Below are positions 28,914-32,000 of a stretch of 32,000 nt of DNA, piece after piece. The notes under the pieces are model-generated. The model had not been told where the DNA came from, did not search any database, and saw nothing but the letters and a program-made list of their open reading frames with translations. The stretch lies in sequence record CAXNAD020000001.1; one strand, 5' to 3'. The position numbers were made by a program, and so were the translations under genes. The stretch's first letter is position 1, and each line of letters starts with the position of its first letter.

Positions 28914-29285
28914 TTATTTTTTTCCTACCATTGTTTTCTTTAATCCTCTTCTAGTACGAGCATTTGTTCGAGTACGTTGACCTCGAACAGGTAAACCAAG
29001 ACGATGACGACGACCTTTAATGCAACTATTTTCCATTAAACGTTTAATATTTAAATTAGTTAATCGTAATAAATCCCCTTCTAATTGATAATCGTTTTCT
29101 AAAATTTTTCTAATAATACTTATTTGATTATCTGATAAATTTTTTGTTCGAAGTTCTTCAATATTATCTAATTTTGTTTTTTTTAAAATTTCAGTTGAAC
29201 GTGATAAACCTATTCCATATATAGCTGTTAAAGCATATTTGATTTTTTTATTGTTTGCTAAATTTACTCCTAAAAATCGAACCAT
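28914..29285 (-). CDS. rps13: 30S ribosomal protein S13
   Basis: 123 aa starting MVRFLGVNL, containing ALTAIYGIGLSRS and RRHRLGLPVRGQRTRTNARTRRG. An AAGGAG box lies upstream. Confidence 0.97.
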   Translation of the reverse strand: MVRFLGVNLANNKKIKYALTAIYGIGLSRSTEILKKTKLDNIEELRTKNLSDNQISIIRKILENDYQLEGDLLRLTNLNIKRLMENSCIKGRRHRLGLPVRGQRTRTNARTRRGLKKTMVGKK

Positions 29286-29307
29286 AATTTATCTCCTTTA
29301 ATAAAAA

Positions 29308-29421
29308 TTATCCTTGTCTTTGTTTATGTTTAGCATTAACACAAATAACTTGAATTCGTCCATGACGTCGAATAATTCTACATTTATCACACATTTTTTT
29401 AATTGATGGTCGTACTTTCAT
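29308..29421 (-). CDS. rpl36: 50S ribosomal protein L36
   Basis: Hand translation gives [37 protein letters not shown] (37 aa, zinc-ribbon C..C...C..H). It lies between secY and rps13. It is not in the ORF track because it is short. Confidence 0.95.
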   Translation of the reverse strand: MKVRPSIKKMCDKCRIIRRHGRIQVICVNAKHKQRQG

Positions 29422-29450
29422 AAATTATTTTATATTTTATATTTTATAGT

Positions 29451-30749
29451 TTATATTATCTCATCCGCATTTAAAAAATTTTGAATTCTTCTAAATGTAT
29501 CAATTAAAACATTTACCAGAATAAGTTGTGATGTTAAACCAAATCCACGTAAATTCATATTATTAATTGGTAATAAATATTCTAATCCATTAAGAAAACT
29601 AATAATTAAAACAAGAAAAATAGCATTAATTAAAGTTAATCTTTTTATAGTTTTTACTAAATAATTTTGAGTAGAAATACCAGAAGATATTCCGCGAATA
29701 GATACAGAATTTTTACGAAATTGTTCTGCAATATCTTTTGGATCTAGTATTATTAAAGAATAAAAAGATGTAAAAAAAAAAATTAAAAAACCATAGCAAG
29801 ACCAGAATAAAATTTTTCCAAATCCTGAAATATAATTTTCATTAATGGAATTTAAAAAAGAAAATAAATTCAAATTTAATAATTGAAAATAAATTAATTT
29901 TGCACTTGAAGATAAAATAACCATTACTGAGGAAGTAAAAACTAATGGCATTACCCCTGCTTGATTAACACGAAGTGGCAAATTACTATTGTTCCATAAA
30001 GATGTTTTACTTAATTTACGTAAAAGTTGACTTGCTGAAATTAATGGAATTTTAACTAATGCTTCGTTAATATAAACACAACCAATTGTAATAAATAAAA
30101 AAATACTTAATAATAAAACATTAATGCCAATATTTTGTTTTGTTATTAAAAGAGATAAAGTTTTAATTTGGTCTGGTAAATTAGAAACAATATTAAAACA
30201 AATTAATAATGAAGATCCATTTCCTAATCCTTTTTCTGTAATTAATTCACTAAACCATAATATTACCATTGATCCTGTAATTAATGAAAGACTTATTTGA
30301 GTTGCTGTTAAAAGATTCCAATTAAAAATTAATGATCTAAAACTATAAGTTGTTCCAATACTTTGAATAATAGCACATAAAAAAGTTAGATATCTTGTAT
30401 AATCCGTAATTTTACGTCGTCCATATTCACCCTCTTCTTTTTGAAGTTTCGATAATCCAGGATTAATTGTTGTTAAAAGTTGAATTATAATAGATGCATT
30501 AATGGAAGGCAAAATACCTAAACTTAATATTCCAAAAGAAGATGTTCCACCACCTGAAAATGTATTTAAGATTCCTGCTATCGCATTAGTTGATGTAGCA
30601 TTAGACTTTAATAATGTTGAAAAAGTTTCTATATCAATAAAAGGTACAGGAATAAAACTTCCAATACGAACAAATGTAAGTAAACTAATGGTTAAAATAA
30701 AACGTTGTCGAAATGAAGGATTATTTTTAGTTTTTAATTGTAAATTCAT
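29451..30749 (-). CDS. secY: Preprotein translocase subunit SecY
   Basis: 432 aa and multi-spanning. It contains FILTISLLTFVRIGSFIPVP, FGILSLGILPSINASIIIQLL, QKEEGEYGRRKI and LLICFNIVSNLP. Confidence 0.93.
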   Translation of the reverse strand: MNLQLKTKNNPSFRQRFILTISLLTFVRIGSFIPVPFIDIETFSTLLKSNATSTNAIAGILNTFSGGGTSSFGILSLGILPSINASIIIQLLTTINPGLSKLQKEEGEYGRRKITDYTRYLTFLCAIIQSIGTTYSFRSLIFNWNLLTATQISLSLITGSMVILWFSELITEKGLGNGSSLLICFNIVSNLPDQIKTLSLLITKQNIGINVLLLSIFLFITIGCVYINEALVKIPLISASQLLRKLSKTSLWNNSNLPLRVNQAGVMPLVFTSSVMVILSSSAKLIYFQLLNLNLFSFLNSINENYISGFGKILFWSCYGFLIFFFTSFYSLIILDPKDIAEQFRKNSVSIRGISSGISTQNYLVKTIKRLTLINAIFLVLIISFLNGLEYLLPINNMNLRGFGLTSQLILVNVLIDTFRRIQNFLNADEII

Positions 30750-30789
30750 GAAAAAATTTAACTAAGTATATAGATTTTTTCGAAAATTA

Positions 30790-31272
30790 TTAAGTACCTG
30801 ATAATTGTTCTAAAGAAATTTGTCTGTTTTTTATAACTTGATCTATTGTAGATAATTTTTTTAATGCTGTTATAGTTGCACGTGCATTATTTAATGCATT
30901 ATTTGAACCAAGTTGTTTTGTTAAAATATTTTTAATACCAGCTAATTCTAAAACAATTCGAACAGAACTTCCGGCAATTACTCCAGTTCCTTCAATTGCT
31001 GGACGAATAAAAACTTTTGAACTTCCAGCTTTACCAATTATTGAATGTGGAATTGTTTGACCCTTAATAATTGGAACATTTATTAAGTTTTTTTTAGAAT
31101 TATTTAACGCTTTTCTAATTGCATCTACAATTTCTTTTGCTTTTCCTACACCAACACCTACAATTTTATTTTCATTTCCTGATACAATAATAACTCGAAA
31201 ATTAATTTTTTTACCACCTTTAACTACTTTAGAAATTCGAGAGATTTTTACTATACGGTGTTGAGTTATCAT
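30790..31272 (-). CDS. rps5: 30S ribosomal protein S5
   Basis: 160 aa containing VKISRISKVVKGGKKINFRVIIVSGN..VGVGVGKAKEI and GTGVIAGSSVRIVLELAGIKNILTKQLGS.N.LNNARAT. Confidence 0.96.
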   Translation of the reverse strand: MITQHRIVKISRISKVVKGGKKINFRVIIVSGNENKIVGVGVGKAKEIVDAIRKALNNSKKNLINVPIIKGQTIPHSIIGKAGSSKVFIRPAIEGTGVIAGSSVRIVLELAGIKNILTKQLGSNNALNNARATITALKKLSTIDQVIKNRQISLEQLSGT

Positions 31273-31312
31273 AAATTTATTAAAACCCTTAATATATATT
31301 TTTTTTCATTAT

Positions 31313-31642
31313 TTAAAAATTTAAACCATTAAATCGAGCTCCTTCAGCTAATTCTTTTATACGGCCATGATAAGGATGTTTTCCACAATCAAATATTATT
31401 TGTGTAATATTTTTCTTTAATAATCTTATAGCTATAGTTTCTCCGACTAATTTTGAAGCTATTTTGGTTGAAGTTTTTTTACATTTTTCTTGAATTTCTA
31501 GTTCTAATGTAGAACAACTAATTAATGTAGTTGAACAGGAATCATCAATTACTTGAGCATAAATATGTTTATTTGATCGAAATACTGATAAACGTGGTTT
31601 TACAATAGTTCCTTTTATTTGTTTTTTATCTCTTTTGCCCAT
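31313..31642 (-). CDS. rpl18: 50S ribosomal protein L18
   Basis: 109 aa containing KPRLSVFRSNKHIYAQVIDD and FDCGKHPYHGRIKELAEGARFNGLNF. Confidence 0.95.
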   Translation of the reverse strand: MGKRDKKQIKGTIVKPRLSVFRSNKHIYAQVIDDSCSTTLISCSTLELEIQEKCKKTSTKIASKLVGETIAIRLLKKNITQIIFDCGKHPYHGRIKELAEGARFNGLNF

Positions 31643-31647
31643 ATTTT

Positions 31648-32000
31648 TTATTTCCCTGATTTTCCTACTTTACGATTAATAATTTCACCTTTATATAAAA
31701 TTCCTTTTCCTTTATAAGGTTCAGGAAGTCTATTACGACGAATTGTTGCTGCTAATTGTCCAACAAATTCTTTATTAATTCCAGTAACTATAATTCCAGT
31801 ATTATTTTCTATTTTTATTTCAATTCCTTCTGGTATTGCTATAGTAACCGGATGACTATAACCCAAATTTAAAATTAAATTTTTTTCTTTTACTTGAGCT
31901 CGGTACCCAACTCCTTGTAATTGTAATTTTTTTTCAAATTTTTCTGAAACCCCAATAATCATATTATTTATTAATGTTCGAGTTAATCCATATAATTGAT
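31648..32000 (-). CDS. rpl6: 50S ribosomal protein L6 (5'-truncated by the window edge)
   Basis: The frame stays open upstream of the listed Met: ...[35 protein letters not shown]..., a typical mid-L6 sequence. The C-terminus is [25 protein letters not shown]. The N-terminal half lies beyond position 32000. Confidence 0.93.
   Translation of the reverse strand, partial: QLYGLTRTLINNMIIGVSEKFEKKLQLQGVGYRAQVKEKNLILNLGYSHPVTIAIPEGIEIKIENNTGIIVTGINKEFVGQLAATIRRNRLPEPYKGKGILYKGEIINRKVGKSGK

Noticed and set aside
30502-30765. 87-aa ORF antisense to the secY 5' region
   Set aside because: It is a shadow ORF inside secY with no motif.
1-32000. Alternative origin: cyanobacterial or other bacterial chromosome, or a novel defence/mobile island
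   Set aside because: The following all fit a plastome: gene density, the absence of fusA between rps7 and tufA, the plastid-type fused ribosomal cluster, the ycf genes, tRNAs lacking encoded CCA and the extreme AT bias. I saw no integrase, transposase, restriction, toxin-antitoxin or cas-like ORF in any frame.

Overview
This window is strongly AT-rich, intron-free, tightly packed plastid DNA of the red-algal lineage. A rhodophyte plastome fits best, but a gene-rich secondary red plastid cannot be excluded from sequence alone. It uses the standard bacterial/plastid code, TAA stops dominate, and AGGAG-like Shine-Dalgarno boxes precede several genes. I can support 43 protein genes and 8 tRNAs. 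psbT, psbN and rpl36 are below the ORF-track cutoff and were hand-translated. On the + strand: dnaB (carrying an in-frame mini-intein), trnW, rpl11-rpl1-rpl12, psbB-psbT, psbH, ycf39, ycf41-like, trnR(ACG)-trnQ, psb28, pheT(syfB), rps1. On the - strand: petF, psbN, ftsH, ilvB, ycf33-like, psbD/psbC (53-nt overlap), trnN, rps4, an orphan ORF of 131 codons, ycf65(PSRP-3), rps16, ycf19, sufB-sufC, trnH-trnT-trnV-trnR(UCU), psaE, thiS. The - strand also carries the red-type ribosomal supercluster rpl6(partial)-rpl18-rps5-secY-rpl36-rps13-rps11-rpoA-rpl13-rps9-rpl31-rps12-rps7-tufA-rps10. I found no rRNA, CRISPR array, transposon or defence-type gene cluster, and no novel multi-gene system. The items most worth a second look are: (1) a 141-codon DnaB mini-intein at the canonical RESG|SIEQD site; (2) a lineage-orphan, extremely AT-rich but stop-free 131-codon ORF at the end of the ycf19-rps16-ycf65 gene string; (3) a perfect 68-nt palindrome abutting the 5' end of trnN; (4) a perfect 42-nt palindrome containing the last codons and stops of both psbT and psbN; (5) convergent gene pairs whose stop codons are only 1-2 nt apart. 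All coordinates of small features were counted by hand from the printed sequence.
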